Notes: generated by a model not told the origin, from the letters alone. A DNA stretch of 37,550 nucleotides from a bacterium (GCA_038109055.1 JAYNIM010000009.1:1-37550); one strand, 5' to 3'. Positions 20,377 through 31,210 are shown, numbered from the stretch's first letter. Program-made: numbers and translations.

Positions 20377-23300
20377 CTAAGCACCTGCATTTTCTGATAT
20401 TTTTATACTGAAATTACTTTTTCTTTCAAACCCAGTTCCAGCTGGGATTAAATTTCCAATAATAACATTTTCTTTTAGTCCATACATTTCATCAACTGAG
20501 CCTTTTACAGCCGCTGTTGTAAGGACTCCAGCAGTTTGCTGAAATGAAGAAGATGCAATAAAGCTCTGTGTATTTAATGACGATCGCGTTACACCTAGTA
20601 ACTCTCTTTTACCAATAGCTTCTTGTTTACCTTCCTTCTTGAGTTCTCGATTAATTTCTTCAAATTGTTGAATATCCACCATTTCATTTGGCAATAATAT
20701 TGAATCACCACTTTCAAGAATGATAATCTTTTTAGTCATTTGTCTTACAATAATTTCTATATGTTTCAAATTAATTTCTACCCCTTGCGACTTATATACA
20801 CCCAGCACTTGTTCACTTAAATATCTTTGGGTACTGAACACACCCTTTGTAGCTAAAATATCATGGGGGTTAATGACACCTTCTGTGATCTGTTCTCCTT
20901 TTGACACTTTTTGACCTGAATATACTAACACTCTTTTATTTAGTGGGAGTTTATATTCTTTTAAAGTGTCTTCACCTTGTAGAATAAGTGCCTTATAACT
21001 TTCTCTATTCTCAATTTCCACAACTGCATCAATATCAGCTAAAATCGCAACTTCTTTATTCTTTCTTGCTTCAAAAAGTTCTTCTACACGTGGTAACCCT
21101 TGAACAATATCCTGAGTTTTTGAAAGATCATCATCATCAGTTCTTTGTTTGAATAAAATATCACTTTTATTAACTCTTTCGTCATTTCCTACATAAATAG
21201 TTACACCTTTTTCAATGGCGTATGAAATGGCTTCATAATATAAAAGGCGGAACTTTTGCTTTGTTTTAGAATCTTTATCTTCTGTAATACTTTTGACTAT
21301 TAATATTGGTTGTTTTAGTTTTTCACAGATATCCTTAGGCACTCTTTCTCCTACCTTACATTTATCTGCTGCTTTTTCATTAACTAACAATTCTTTAACA
21401 TTATTAGGGTCATATATCAATAAATCAAAAGTTTGTAGTGCTATATTTTCTTTTTTATCAATTAAATCTTTTTCATTTTTATTTTCAGTAATCATAAACT
21501 TTACAATGCCGTCTTTTTCAGACTTCGTATAGGTCATACTGGCATCAAATTCAGCTATTACATCTCCATCTTTAATTTGAACACCCTCATTAATTATCAC
21601 AGCACTATTTTTAGGAATATTCGTACTCTTAACTTTATTTTTTTTGTCTTTAACCTGAACTACTGTATCTTCTATTGCTATTAAATTTGTCGTACCGCGA
21701 TCTTTGACTGGAACTAATAACTCTGGCTCTTTAAATTTTACTTCTCCAGACAGACTTGATTTAATTTCTACTTTTGCTGCTTTTCTGAGGTCAACTCCAC
21801 CTGTGTGAAAAGTTCTCATTGTTAATTGTGTACCAGGTTCTCCAATAGATTGTGCAGCAATGATACCTACAGCCTCACCTAAATTTATCAATTTAGCTGT
21901 TGCAAGATCTATTCCGTAACATTTTTGACAAATTCCTTTTTTGGCATTGCAATTAAAGACATTCCTTGTTTTTATCGACTTAATACCTAAATCTTGAATT
22001 TTCTTAGCTAGGTAACGTGTAATCATCTCACCCGATTCAATAATGACATTTCCTTCACTCTTAATTGTCTCTAAACTAATTCTACCTTCAATGATACTCG
22101 CCAATGAAATGAGCTCTTGACCATTTTCTTTAATACTTGTCAGAGTTAACCCTTCGGTAGTTCCACAATCTTCCTCTGTAATAATAACATCTTGTGCAAC
22201 ATCAACAAGCCTTCTTGTCAAATATCCTGAATCTGCTGTCCTTAATGCCGTATCAACTAACCCTTTTCTTGCTCCGTAACAAGAGATGAAATACTCTGTT
22301 AGTTTTAATCCTTCCTTAAAATTTGAGCGTATAGGAATTTCGACAGTTCTACCTTGTGAATCAGACATTAATCCACGCATTCCAGCTAGTTGTCTTACTT
22401 GATCAATGTTTCCTCTTGCACCTGAATTAGCCATAATATATACATTGTTTAATTCACCCATCTCTTTTTCAAGAGCATCTGATACTTGTTGAGTTGCACT
22501 TCTCCAGATGTCATTTGACTGTCTGCGTTTTTCATTAGAAGTGATTATATTCTTCTTAAGTTGCTTATCTAAATGTTCAACTTCTTTTTGGGCTTGTTGT
22601 AAAATAGCCTCTTTCTTATCTGGAATTGTTAAATCATCTACACTAATAGAGATACCTGACAACATCGCGTAGTTAAAACCAATATCCTTTATTTTATCTG
22701 CTAAAAGCGCAGTAACTGTGTTACCATATTTAACGTACCAGTCATATACAAGATCAGATAATACTTTTTTACTTAAAGTATCATTTATCCATTCCGGTTC
22801 TTCATAGCCTTTTTCTTTAATGATTTCACGGATCGTTATATTAAAAATAATGCGCCCTACTGTTGTTTCTATTCTTTCGCCTCTTTCTTTTATTCTTACA
22901 CGGCTTTGCACCCCTAAAAAACCTAATTCATGGGCTCTTAAAATTTCATTCATGTCTGTATAGTACTTATTTTCACCACGTTTTTCATTTTGATTATCGA
23001 CTGTCAAATAATAGCAACCTAAGACCATGTCCTGGGTTGGTGTAATTATCGAAGAGCCGCTTGATGGAGATAAAATATTATTTGTTGAAAGTACTAAGAA
23101 ACGACACTCTGCTTTTGCCTTAAGCCCAATTGGCAAATGGACAGCCATCTGATCACCATCAAAATCAGCATTAAACGCGGTACACACTAAGGGATGAATC
23201 TGAATTGCTGAACCTTCGACAATCACTGGTTCAAAAGCTTGAATACCTAATCTATGTAAGGTCGGTGCACGGTTCAATAATACGGGTTGCTTTTTAATTA

Positions 23301-24525
23301 CTTTTTCTAAAATCTCCCAAATTTCAATTCCACGCTCTTCAATTTTCCTCTTTGCGTTCTTAACATTACTAACAATCCCATGTTTGACTAATTCTCTTAT
23401 GACATGCGGCTTGAATAATTCAATGCAAATCTCTTTGGGCAAACCACATTGATGGAATTTTAAATGAGGACCGACAACAATTACGGATCTTGCTGAGTAA
23501 TCGACACGTTTACCTAATAAATTTTGTCTAAATCTACCTTGTTTCCCTTCAATAATATTACCTAGTGATTTTAATGGACGACCATTTGTACCTGTTACAG
23601 CCCGTCCCCTTTTACCATTTGAAATAAGGACATCAACCGCCTCTTGTAACATTCTTTTTTCGTTACGAATTATCATATCTGGAGCCCCTATATCCATTAA
23701 CCGTTTTAAACGATTATTTCTGTTAATAATACGTCGATATAAATCATTTAAATCAGATGTAGCAAAACGCCCACCATCTAATTGAACCATTGGTCTCAAA
23801 TCAGGAGGCATGACCGGAATAGCATCCAAGATCATCCATTCTGGTTTATTCTCCGAACTAAGTAATGCGTCAATGATTCTTAAACGTTTTGCAACTTTTA
23901 ATCTTTTTTGACCTTTTAAGCTGACAATTGACTCACGTAATGTATTTGCTAATTTTTGCAAATCCATTTTCTTCAATATTTTCTTAATTGCTCTAGCACC
24001 AATATCCAAGGTTAATGTATCTTTATATTTTTCTTTTATATCCAAGTATTCATTTATTGATATTAACTGATTTTCTCTAAACTGCCCTTCTAATTCTGGA
24101 TCGACATTTATGACAACATAAGCATCATAGTAGACTATTTCCTCAATTTTACGTGTACTCATATCTAATATAATACTTAAATAACTTGGTATCCCTTTTA
24201 AAAACCATATATGACTTACTGGCGTAGCTAATTCTATGTGGCCCATACGTTCTCTTCTTACTTTTGAATGAGTGACTTCGACTCCGCAGCGTTCACATAC
24301 AACGCCTCTGTATCGAATACGTCGATATTTGCCGCAAGCACACTCCCAATCTTTTACTGGTCCAAATACCCTTTCACAAAACAATCCTTTTCTTTCGGCC
24401 TTGAATGTACGATAATTTATGGTTTCTGGCTTTTCTATTTCACCATATGACCAATATCTTATCTTTTCAGGAGACGCTAATCCTATTGTGAGTGATTCAA
24501 ATTCATTTTCATTTTCAAATAACAT
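20377..24525 (-). CDS. rpoC: RNA polymerase beta' subunit, single unsplit ORF
   Basis: NADFDGD active site, N-terminal Zn site, [47 protein letters not shown]. Confidence 0.99.
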   Translation of the reverse strand: MLFENENEFESLTIGLASPEKIRYWSYGEIEKPETINYRTFKAERKGLFCERVFGPVKDWECACGKYRRIRYRGVVCERCGVEVTHSKVRRERMGHIELATPVSHIWFLKGIPSYLSIILDMSTRKIEEIVYYDAYVVINVDPELEGQFRENQLISINEYLDIKEKYKDTLTLDIGARAIKKILKKMDLQKLANTLRESIVSLKGQKRLKVAKRLRIIDALLSSENKPEWMILDAIPVMPPDLRPMVQLDGGRFATSDLNDLYRRIINRNNRLKRLMDIGAPDMIIRNEKRMLQEAVDVLISNGKRGRAVTGTNGRPLKSLGNIIEGKQGRFRQNLLGKRVDYSARSVIVVGPHLKFHQCGLPKEICIELFKPHVIRELVKHGIVSNVKNAKRKIEERGIEIWEILEKVIKKQPVLLNRAPTLHRLGIQAFEPVIVEGSAIQIHPLVCTAFNADFDGDQMAVHLPIGLKAKAECRFLVLSTNNILSPSSGSSIITPTQDMVLGCYYLTVDNQNEKRGENKYYTDMNEILRAHELGFLGVQSRVRIKERGERIETTVGRIIFNITIREIIKEKGYEEPEWINDTLSKKVLSDLVYDWYVKYGNTVTALLADKIKDIGFNYAMLSGISISVDDLTIPDKKEAILQQAQKEVEHLDKQLKKNIITSNEKRRQSNDIWRSATQQVSDALEKEMGELNNVYIMANSGARGNIDQVRQLAGMRGLMSDSQGRTVEIPIRSNFKEGLKLTEYFISCYGARKGLVDTALRTADSGYLTRRLVDVAQDVIITEEDCGTTEGLTLTSIKENGQELISLASIIEGRISLETIKSEGNVIIESGEMITRYLAKKIQDLGIKSIKTRNVFNCNAKKGICQKCYGIDLATAKLINLGEAVGIIAAQSIGEPGTQLTMRTFHTGGVDLRKAAKVEIKSSLSGEVKFKEPELLVPVKDRGTTNLIAIEDTVVQVKDKKNKVKSTNIPKNSAVIINEGVQIKDGDVIAEFDASMTYTKSEKDGIVKFMITENKNEKDLIDKKENIALQTFDLLIYDPNNVKELLVNEKAADKCKVGERVPKDICEKLKQPILIVKSITEDKDSKTKQKFRLLYYEAISYAIEKGVTIYVGNDERVNKSDILFKQRTDDDDLSKTQDIVQGLPRVEELFEARKNKEVAILADIDAVVEIENRESYKALILQGEDTLKEYKLPLNKRVLVYSGQKVSKGEQITEGVINPHDILATKGVFSTQRYLSEQVLGVYKSQGVEINLKHIEIIVRQMTKKIIILESGDSILLPNEMVDIQQFEEINRELKKEGKQEAIGKRELLGVTRSSLNTQSFIASSSFQQTAGVLTTAAVKGSVDEMYGLKENVIIGNLIPAGTGFERKSNFSIKISENAGA

Positions 24526-24545
24526 GCTGTCTCCTTATATTTATA

Positions 24546-27500
24546 TTAGCGATTGTCAATTTCTGTTTTATTCTTTGTTAATACTTTAATATCCAAAGCA
24601 ATAGATCTTAATTCGCGTAATAAGACTCTAAATGATTCTGGTGTTCCTGCTTTCGATAAACATTTACCTTTGATAATTGATTCATAGGCTTTGGAACGAC
24701 CTGTCAAATCATCTGATTTAATTGTAAGAATTTCTTGTAAAGTATTTGCTGCACCATACGCCTCTAATGCCCATACCTCCATCTCTCCAAAACGCTGACC
24801 ACCATATTGAGCTTTTCCTCCTAGTGGCTGCTGTGTTACAAGCGAATAAGGGCCAGTAGATCTTGCGTGTATTTTATCTTCAACTAAATGAATAAGTTTT
24901 AACATATACATAGAACCAACAGTCACATCTCTATCGAAAGCACGACCTGTACGACCATCTCTTAGTTGCACAGTCCCGCAAGGCTTAACCCAGTCATAGC
25001 CCTCAACATTCGATGCCTCCTTTAACTTCTTTTCTACTGCCTTAACTGAGGTCTGAGAGCCAAATATTTCATCAAATAATTGTACTTCGTAGTTTTCTTT
25101 TAAAATATGCCCTGCAAAACCTAACATCGTTTCAAACAACTGTCCTACATTCATACGTGAAGGAACACCAAGGGGGTTCAAAATGATATCTACCGCTTCT
25201 CCATTAGGTAAAAAAGGCATGTCTTCCTCTGGCAAGATATTAGAAATAACCCCTTTATTACCATGTCTTCCCGCCATTTTATCTCCAATAGACACTTTTC
25301 TGATTTGTGCCGTATAGATACGAATTATGTTATTTACACCTGGAGGCAATGTGTCGTCATTTTCTCTAGATAGTATCTTAACACCAATGACTTTTCCTTT
25401 TTCCCCAGACGACACTCTTAACGAAGTATCCCTCATGTCTCTGGCTTTATCTCCAAAAATTGCCCTTAGTAGCTTTTCTTCTGCAGGTGGCTCTGTTTCT
25501 CCTTTGGGTGTTACCTTTCCAACTAAAACATCCCCGGCCTTAACCATTGCACCTATACGAATAATTCCTCTTTCATCAAGATTTTTCAGTACATCTTCCG
25601 ACATATTTGGAACTTCTCTTGTTATTTCTTCAGGCCCTAATTTTGTTGTTCTAACATCAATCTCATGCTTTAAAATATGTATAGACGTAAATATATCTTC
25701 CTTTGCTAATCGTTCAGAAATAACGATTGCATCCTCAAAGTTATATCCGCACCAGGGCATAAAGGCGACCAAAATATTTTTTCCTAAGGACAATTCCCCG
25801 TTTTTAGTACTGGTACCGTCAGCCAATAATTCACCTTTTTTAACTATATCGCCTACTTTGACTACAGGTCTCTGGTTTCTGGTCGTATTTTGGTTTGTAC
25901 GTTCGAACTTTTTGATTATATATGTATCTTTTTGACCTTTGCCTTTTACAACAATTTTACCCCCAGTAACGCTTTCTACGACTCCATCATTTTTGGCTTT
26001 TAAAATAATTCCTGCATCTCTTGCTACGATACGTTCCAAACCAGTACCAACATGCGGAGATTCACAATGTAGTAAAGGAACTGCTTGTCGTTGCATATTT
26101 GCTCCCATTAGTGCCCTGTTTGCATCATCATGCTCTAAAAATGGGATCAAACCACAAGACACACCTACCAACTGTTTTGAAGATACACCAATGTATTGAA
26201 TTTTTTCCGCAGGAACTAACATAAATTGACGATTATATCTTGCGATGACAAATTCATTGATGAACTCATCATTTTTAATTGGAGCATCCCAGGCAGCAAT
26301 ATAATATTTTTCCTCAATGTCTGCAGTAAATGAAACGACTTCTTTTGAAATTTTTCCGTTGACTACTTTTCTATATGGCGTTTCAATGAACCCATATTTA
26401 TTTACTCTTGCATAAGTGGATAAGGGACCAATTAGTCCGGCATTAGGACCTTCTGGGGTTTCTATTGGACAAATTCGACCATAATGTGATGGGTGGATAT
26501 CTCTAACCTCAAAACCCGCTCTCTCCTTCGTTAAACCTCCGGGACCTAAGGCACTTAAACGTCGTTCATGCGCCATTTCTGCTAAAGGATTTGTCTGATC
26601 CATAAATTGTGATAATTGTGAGCTCCCAAAAAACTCTCTCATAACAGCTACCAAGGGCCGTATATTAATGATGGTTTGAGGCACCAAATTTTCGTTTGCT
26701 TTTAATGCTATTTGTTCTCTAATTAATCGTTCTAAACGAGTTAATCCAACTCGGAATTGCTTTTGTAAGTGTTCACCTACACTACGAATCCTTCGATTTC
26801 CTAAATGATCAATATCATCAGTAATTCCTTTATCAGTCATTAAATCCATTAAAACTTTTAACATACCAATAATATCATCATTGGTAATTACAACTATTTG
26901 GCTATCTACATTAATCTCTAAACGCCTATTTATTCGATATCGACCTACTTCACTTAAGTCATATTTATTTTCATCAAAAAACAATCCATTTAATAAAGCT
27001 TTTGCACCATCAACTGTAACAGGATCTCCAGGCCGCAATTTTTTATATATCTCTAATACAGCTTCGTCTTGAATCATCATTGGACTTTTCTCTAACTGCA
27101 GTTCAAATAATTCAATGTTATCTTTGAATAGACCCAACAAGGATTTCTCTGTAAACCCAAGAGCGGATAAAAAAACTGTAATTGGGAATTTCTTTAACTT
27201 ATTGATTAACACATAAATAAAGTCATCCTTATCTGGCTCAATTTCTAACCAGGCTCCCCTGTTAGGAATTACTGTTGCACTAAAAACAGATTTTATAGAA
27301 TTCAACAATTGTTTATGTCTAAAATAAACCCCTGGTGATCTAACAAATTGACTGACTACAACTCTTTCCGCTCCATTAATTAAAAAACTTCCGTTTTCTG
27401 ACATTAACGGAATTTCGCTCATAAAAACGTCTTGCTCAATTACTTCTTTTTTTTCTTTGTTTGTTAATCGAACTTTAACTTTTAAGGGTGCTGAATACGT

Positions 27501-27752
27501 GCTTTCCATTTTTTGACATTCTTCAAACGTATAACTTGGCTTCTCTAACACATAGTCATCCAAAAACTCGATTTCATATTTTCCGCTATAGGCTGAAATT
27601 GGTGAAATACTTTTTAATTCTTCTCCAACACCAACCCTTACAAACTGTTCAAAAGAACTTTTTTGAATCTCTAGTAAGTCTGGTGGCTGTATGATATCTG
27701 GGTTTGATTCATTATCATACAAAGACTTTCTTTCTTTATCTTTTATGAGCAA
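24546..27752 (-). CDS. rpoB: RNA polymerase beta subunit (TTG start, GAGGTG SD)
   Basis: SQLSQFMDQTNPL, ETPEGPN, GDKMAGRHGNKG, GGQRFGEMEVWALEAYGA. Confidence 0.99.
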   Translation of the reverse strand: MLIKDKERKSLYDNESNPDIIQPPDLLEIQKSSFEQFVRVGVGEELKSISPISAYSGKYEIEFLDDYVLEKPSYTFEECQKMESTYSAPLKVKVRLTNKEKKEVIEQDVFMSEIPLMSENGSFLINGAERVVVSQFVRSPGVYFRHKQLLNSIKSVFSATVIPNRGAWLEIEPDKDDFIYVLINKLKKFPITVFLSALGFTEKSLLGLFKDNIELFELQLEKSPMMIQDEAVLEIYKKLRPGDPVTVDGAKALLNGLFFDENKYDLSEVGRYRINRRLEINVDSQIVVITNDDIIGMLKVLMDLMTDKGITDDIDHLGNRRIRSVGEHLQKQFRVGLTRLERLIREQIALKANENLVPQTIINIRPLVAVMREFFGSSQLSQFMDQTNPLAEMAHERRLSALGPGGLTKERAGFEVRDIHPSHYGRICPIETPEGPNAGLIGPLSTYARVNKYGFIETPYRKVVNGKISKEVVSFTADIEEKYYIAAWDAPIKNDEFINEFVIARYNRQFMLVPAEKIQYIGVSSKQLVGVSCGLIPFLEHDDANRALMGANMQRQAVPLLHCESPHVGTGLERIVARDAGIILKAKNDGVVESVTGGKIVVKGKGQKDTYIIKKFERTNQNTTRNQRPVVKVGDIVKKGELLADGTSTKNGELSLGKNILVAFMPWCGYNFEDAIVISERLAKEDIFTSIHILKHEIDVRTTKLGPEEITREVPNMSEDVLKNLDERGIIRIGAMVKAGDVLVGKVTPKGETEPPAEEKLLRAIFGDKARDMRDTSLRVSSGEKGKVIGVKILSRENDDTLPPGVNNIIRIYTAQIRKVSIGDKMAGRHGNKGVISNILPEEDMPFLPNGEAVDIILNPLGVPSRMNVGQLFETMLGFAGHILKENYEVQLFDEIFGSQTSVKAVEKKLKEASNVEGYDWVKPCGTVQLRDGRTGRAFDRDVTVGSMYMLKLIHLVEDKIHARSTGPYSLVTQQPLGGKAQYGGQRFGEMEVWALEAYGAANTLQEILTIKSDDLTGRSKAYESIIKGKCLSKAGTPESFRVLLRELRSIALDIKVLTKNKTEIDNR

Positions 27753-27783
27753 TAGTGCACCTCTTTTAAAACTTTAAACTGTG

Positions 27784-28197
27784 TTATTTAATTTCTACTG
27801 TAGCACCTTGTTCTTCAAGTGCTGTCTTTATTTTTTCAGCTTCTTCTTTGTCTACACCTTCTTTTATTGCTTTTGGCGCGGCTTCAACTAAATCTTTTGC
27901 TTCTTTTAAACCTAAGCCTGTTAACTCCCTTACAGCCTTTAAGACTTGTATTTTTTTATCTCCAACACCCGTCAGTACAACTGATACAGTTGAACTTCCA
28001 CCAGCTTCCTCTCCTCCACTTTCGGCAGATCCTGCTACAGGAGCAGCAACTGCAGCTGCTGCAACTACGCCAAATTTATCCTCTAGTGCTGATACCATGT
28101 CAGCTAATTCAATCACCGTTAATTTTTCAATACTTTCAATAATTTTTTTTGCGTTATCTGATATCTTTACTTCCTTTTTCTCTTCTGTCGTTGTCAT
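27784..28197 (-). CDS. rplL: 50S ribosomal protein L7/L12
   Basis: Ala-rich hinge, [19 protein letters not shown]. Confidence 0.98.
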   Translation of the reverse strand: MTTTEEKKEVKISDNAKKIIESIEKLTVIELADMVSALEDKFGVVAAAAVAAPVAGSAESGGEEAGGSSTVSVVLTGVGDKKIQVLKAVRELTGLGLKEAKDLVEAAPKAIKEGVDKEEAEKIKTALEEQGATVEIK

Positions 28198-28740
28198 TTA
28201 ATTTTCCTCCTCTTTACTTTTCTTAATTGCCAACAAAGTTAAATTTAATTTCCTTATTGGTGCTGATAATGTTGTTGTTAATCTATAGATTGGTGAATTC
28301 AATAACATAAGTAACTTTGCTATTGATGTCTCTGTTGATGGTAACCCCGCCAACTGATTCACATACTTACTATCTATATATTTCTTCTCTAATAAACCTC
28401 CTTTAATTCTTAAACACTCGTTCGTTTTACCGAATTTCTTCATGACCTTTGCCACGTTTCCTAAGCTTTCCATATCTGAAAATACAAAGAAAGACGTGTT
28501 TTCAAATAACTCTTCCGGCACATCGATATTTGCATTTTTAAAAACAATTTTAGCAACTTTATTTTTTAGCACTTTACTTTCTGCGTTATGTGCCTTTAAT
28601 TGTCTTTTAAGCCCCTGCATTTCTGTAACGCTCAATCCTTCATATTCAGACAAAATAACAAAAGTATTATTTAAAACCTGTTTTTCACAATAGTCGTAGT
28701 AATCTTTATTTCTTTTGGTTATTACTCTGGCAGTTGTCAT
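28198..28740 (-). CDS. rplJ: 50S ribosomal protein L10 (start reassigned to MTTA)
   Basis: YEGLSV, KVLKN, KGGLLE, LAGLPS; ATGA overlap with rplA. Confidence 0.93.
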   Translation of the reverse strand: MTTARVITKRNKDYYDYCEKQVLNNTFVILSEYEGLSVTEMQGLKRQLKAHNAESKVLKNKVAKIVFKNANIDVPEELFENTSFFVFSDMESLGNVAKVMKKFGKTNECLRIKGGLLEKKYIDSKYVNQLAGLPSTETSIAKLLMLLNSPIYRLTTTLSAPIRKLNLTLLAIKKSKEEEN

Positions 28741-29441
28741 TCGTCTTCTCCCCATTTATTTTTTGATGTTTCAATCCATAAACCAGGACTTTGTGTTGTT
28801 GCTAAGGACATGCTTTTTATATAGACACCCTTCGCCTTGCTTGGTTTTTCTTTAATGATTAAATCATATATTGACATGAAATTTTCAAACAATTTATCTT
28901 TATCAAAATCTACTTTGCCAAGTACAAGATGCATATTACCGTACTTATCATTTCTATACTCTATTTTTCCTTTTTTAAATTCCCTTACTGACTTCTCTAT
29001 ATCCTTTGAAATCGTTCCACTTTTTATATTTGGCATCAGGCCTTTTGTCCCTAAGACCCGCCCTAACTTTCCTAACTGTCCCATCATTTCAGGACTTGTA
29101 ATTAAAATATCGAAATCAAACCACCCTTTTTGTATTTTCTCTATCATATCACCTGCGCCTGCATCTACTGCGCCTGCTTTTTTTGCTTTTTCGACTTGAT
29201 CTTCTTTACAAACGACTACGATTCTTTGTTCCTTACCTGTCCCGTGTGGTAAATTAAGGGTACCACGTAATTGCTGATCTGCTTGTTTGGGATCAATCCC
29301 TAAATTAAAATGAATCTCGACTGTTTCTGAAAAATTTTTTGATGCCATCTTTTTCAAAAGCAAGATAGCGTCTTTTGGCTTAAACACCTCTGTTTTATCG
29401 TATATTTTCATAGATTCATTATATTTCTTTGACCCTTTCAT
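28737..29441 (-). CDS. rplA: 50S ribosomal protein L1
   Basis: [30 protein letters not shown]. Confidence 0.98.
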   Translation of the reverse strand: MKGSKKYNESMKIYDKTEVFKPKDAILLLKKMASKNFSETVEIHFNLGIDPKQADQQLRGTLNLPHGTGKEQRIVVVCKEDQVEKAKKAGAVDAGAGDMIEKIQKGWFDFDILITSPEMMGQLGKLGRVLGTKGLMPNIKSGTISKDIEKSVREFKKGKIEYRNDKYGNMHLVLGKVDFDKDKLFENFMSIYDLIIKEKPSKAKGVYIKSMSLATTQSPGLWIETSKNKWGEDE

Positions 29442-29866
29442 TGAACATTAACCCCCATACTTTTTGCGGTTCCTCTTATGATTTCTATAGCTGAATCTTC
29501 GTCATAGGCATTTAAATCCTGCATTTTTACTTTGGCAATTTCTTTTAGGTCTTCTATTGTTATAGTCCCTATGGATTTTGTATTGGGTGTATTTGAACCT
29601 TTTTTTTGGTTTACTTTCTTTAAAATCAACGTTGAGGCTGGTGGAGATTTTAGTTTAAGCGTAAAAGTTCTGTCTTCATAAACAGATATCTCTACAGGTA
29701 TTACATCGCCTGCTTTATCTCTAGTTTGATTATTAAACTCATTACAAAAGTCCATAATGTTAAGACCATGCTGCCCTAGCGCTGGCCCAACAGGAGGCGC
29801 TGGATTTGCTTTCCCTGCAGGAACTTGCAATTTAATTAAAGCTTTTACCTTTTTTTCATTAGCCAT
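29438..29866 (-). CDS. rplK: 50S ribosomal protein L11
   Basis: [30 protein letters not shown]. Confidence 0.99.
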   Translation of the reverse strand: MANEKKVKALIKLQVPAGKANPAPPVGPALGQHGLNIMDFCNEFNNQTRDKAGDVIPVEISVYEDRTFTLKLKSPPASTLILKKVNQKKGSNTPNTKSIGTITIEDLKEIAKVKMQDLNAYDEDSAIEIIRGTAKSMGVNVQ

Positions 29867-30500
29867 TAGTTATTCTCTCCACTTGTTCAAAATCTAATTC
29901 TACAGGCGTTTCTCTACCAAAAATCAATATTTTGGCCTTGAGCTTCCCTTTTTCTAAGTTAATACTGCTTATCTCACCAGAATAACCTGTAAAAGGCCCA
30001 TCAATCACTTTGATGTTTTCGCCCGCCTCAAAATCAACATTAAGCTTTTGCGTTTTCTCTCCAATTTTTCGTAAAACTTTTAATATTTCCTCGTCCGCAA
30101 CAGGTGTAGGTCGTTGATATGTTCCGATGAACTTTGCAACACCCGGTACACGTCGTATTTTATAAAAAATCTCTTCTTCTTCAATCAATTCAATAAAGAC
30201 GTAACCAGGATAAATTCTTTTTACCTTCTCAAGTCTTTTATTATTCTTTATCTCTATTATATCCTCTTCTGGTATCAATACTTTCCCCACTTTAACCTTT
30301 TGACTGGGCTCGAGTTCTAAAAACTGGTTTATTCTTGCCTGTACTTGATACTCTTTTCCAGTTTGGCATTGCAATATATACCACTCATATGTCGTTGTAT
30401 TTGATTCCTCTGCATCAGATTTCTCAATACCTTCGCTTTTATCCATCTCTGATACTGATTCATTTATATCTGATATTTCAACTTGATTTTTATCGGCCAT
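29859..30500 (-). CDS. nusG: transcription elongation factor NusG
   Basis: WY, YPGYVF, KOW motif [22 protein letters not shown]. Confidence 0.97.
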   Translation of the reverse strand: MADKNQVEISDINESVSEMDKSEGIEKSDAEESNTTTYEWYILQCQTGKEYQVQARINQFLELEPSQKVKVGKVLIPEEDIIEIKNNKRLEKVKRIYPGYVFIELIEEEEIFYKIRRVPGVAKFIGTYQRPTPVADEEILKVLRKIGEKTQKLNVDFEAGENIKVIDGPFTGYSGEISSINLEKGKLKAKILIFGRETPVELDFEQVERITNG

Positions 30501-30510
30501 TGGGATTCCT

Positions 30511-30762
30511 TTATTTAATAGATCTTAACATTTCAAAAAAATTTCCAAACAATATATCTGCTACCATAACATAAAGTGTTGATACAATCACTATCCCGAT
30601 AATTAATAAGGATGCTCTGTAAACGATATCTTTGGTTGGCCATGTTACTTCTTTTAGTTCCTTCTTTGTTTCATAAAAAAAACTTTCGTTTGATCTCTGT
30701 TCGTATTTTTTTTTATTTATTTTATTCACTATATTTTTTGTTGTTAATTTAGACAATGGCAT
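30511..30762 (-). CDS. secE: preprotein translocase SecE
   Basis: ELKEVTWPT followed by one transmembrane segment; upstream of nusG. Confidence 0.93.
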   Translation of the reverse strand: MPLSKLTTKNIVNKINKKKYEQRSNESFFYETKKELKEVTWPTKDIVYRASLLIIGIVIVSTLYVMVADILFGNFFEMLRSIK

Positions 30763-30797
30763 ACTTCCTTATTACGCTCAGTCGCTGGATCTCAAGC

Positions 30798-30871
30798 CAG
30801 GCCCGGACGGATTCGAACCGACAACATTTGGTTTTGGAGACCAACGCTCTACCAATTGGAGCTACGAGCCT
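30798..30871 (-). tRNA. tRNA-Trp (anticodon CCA); 3' CCA not encoded
   Basis: AGGCTCG/CGGGCCT acceptor stem, TTGGT-CTCCAAA-ACCAA anticodon arm, GGTTCGAATCC T loop; usual position upstream of secE. Confidence 0.97.
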
Positions 30872-30881
30872 TTAAGCTCAA

Positions 30882-30910
30882 ATTTTATTAAAAAACAATA
30901 TCAATGTAAA
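30882..30910 (-). promoter_or_regulatory. proximal promoter for tRNA-Trp/secE
   Basis: TTTACA, 17 bp spacer, TAAAAT, placing the start site a few nt before the tRNA. Confidence 0.45.
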
Positions 30911-30954
30911 GCTTATTTCAGCTTTATACTCTAACATTTAAAATTAGAAAGCGT

Positions 30955-30984
30955 ATTCTACCATTGCATTTAAACTAGTGTCAA
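30955..30984 (-). promoter_or_regulatory. distal promoter for the tRNA-Trp/secE superoperon
   Basis: TTGACA, 18 bp spacer, TAGAAT with extended -10 TGn. Confidence 0.65.
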
Positions 30985-31210
30985 CTCTTTGATCAATAAT
31001 TTCCTTATGAAACGTTGCCGAAAATGCCTCTTTTATAGCATTTTATCTCAAAAACTGACGCTCCCATACAGCTCCCAATTACATCTATCTTTATAATCAA
31101 TCTCTTAGAACTCTACTTAAATTTAATTTATCCTCACCTATTTATACCCTTAACCTCCCTTAACAATGCACCTTGATATTTATCCTTTACGTATTTACAC
31201 AGTTAATGCA

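Noticed and set aside
21112..21792. Intein or intron in rpoC
   Set aside because: No Cys/Ser...His-Asn splice junction or endonuclease motif; the position matches the known SI3 insertion site.
1353..30574. Many plus-strand ORFs of 60-200 aa (for example 16568-17101 and 25327-25935)
   Set aside because: They lie antisense to conserved housekeeping genes, show no family motifs, and are explained by codon bias on the coding strand.
31128..31201. DnaA-box-like 9-mers (TTATCCTCA at 31128, ATTTACACA at 31193) where gene orientation switches, suggesting oriC
   Set aside because: Both have a mismatch, there is no perfect box or cluster, no dnaA/dnaN is nearby, and such matches are expected in AT-rich DNA.
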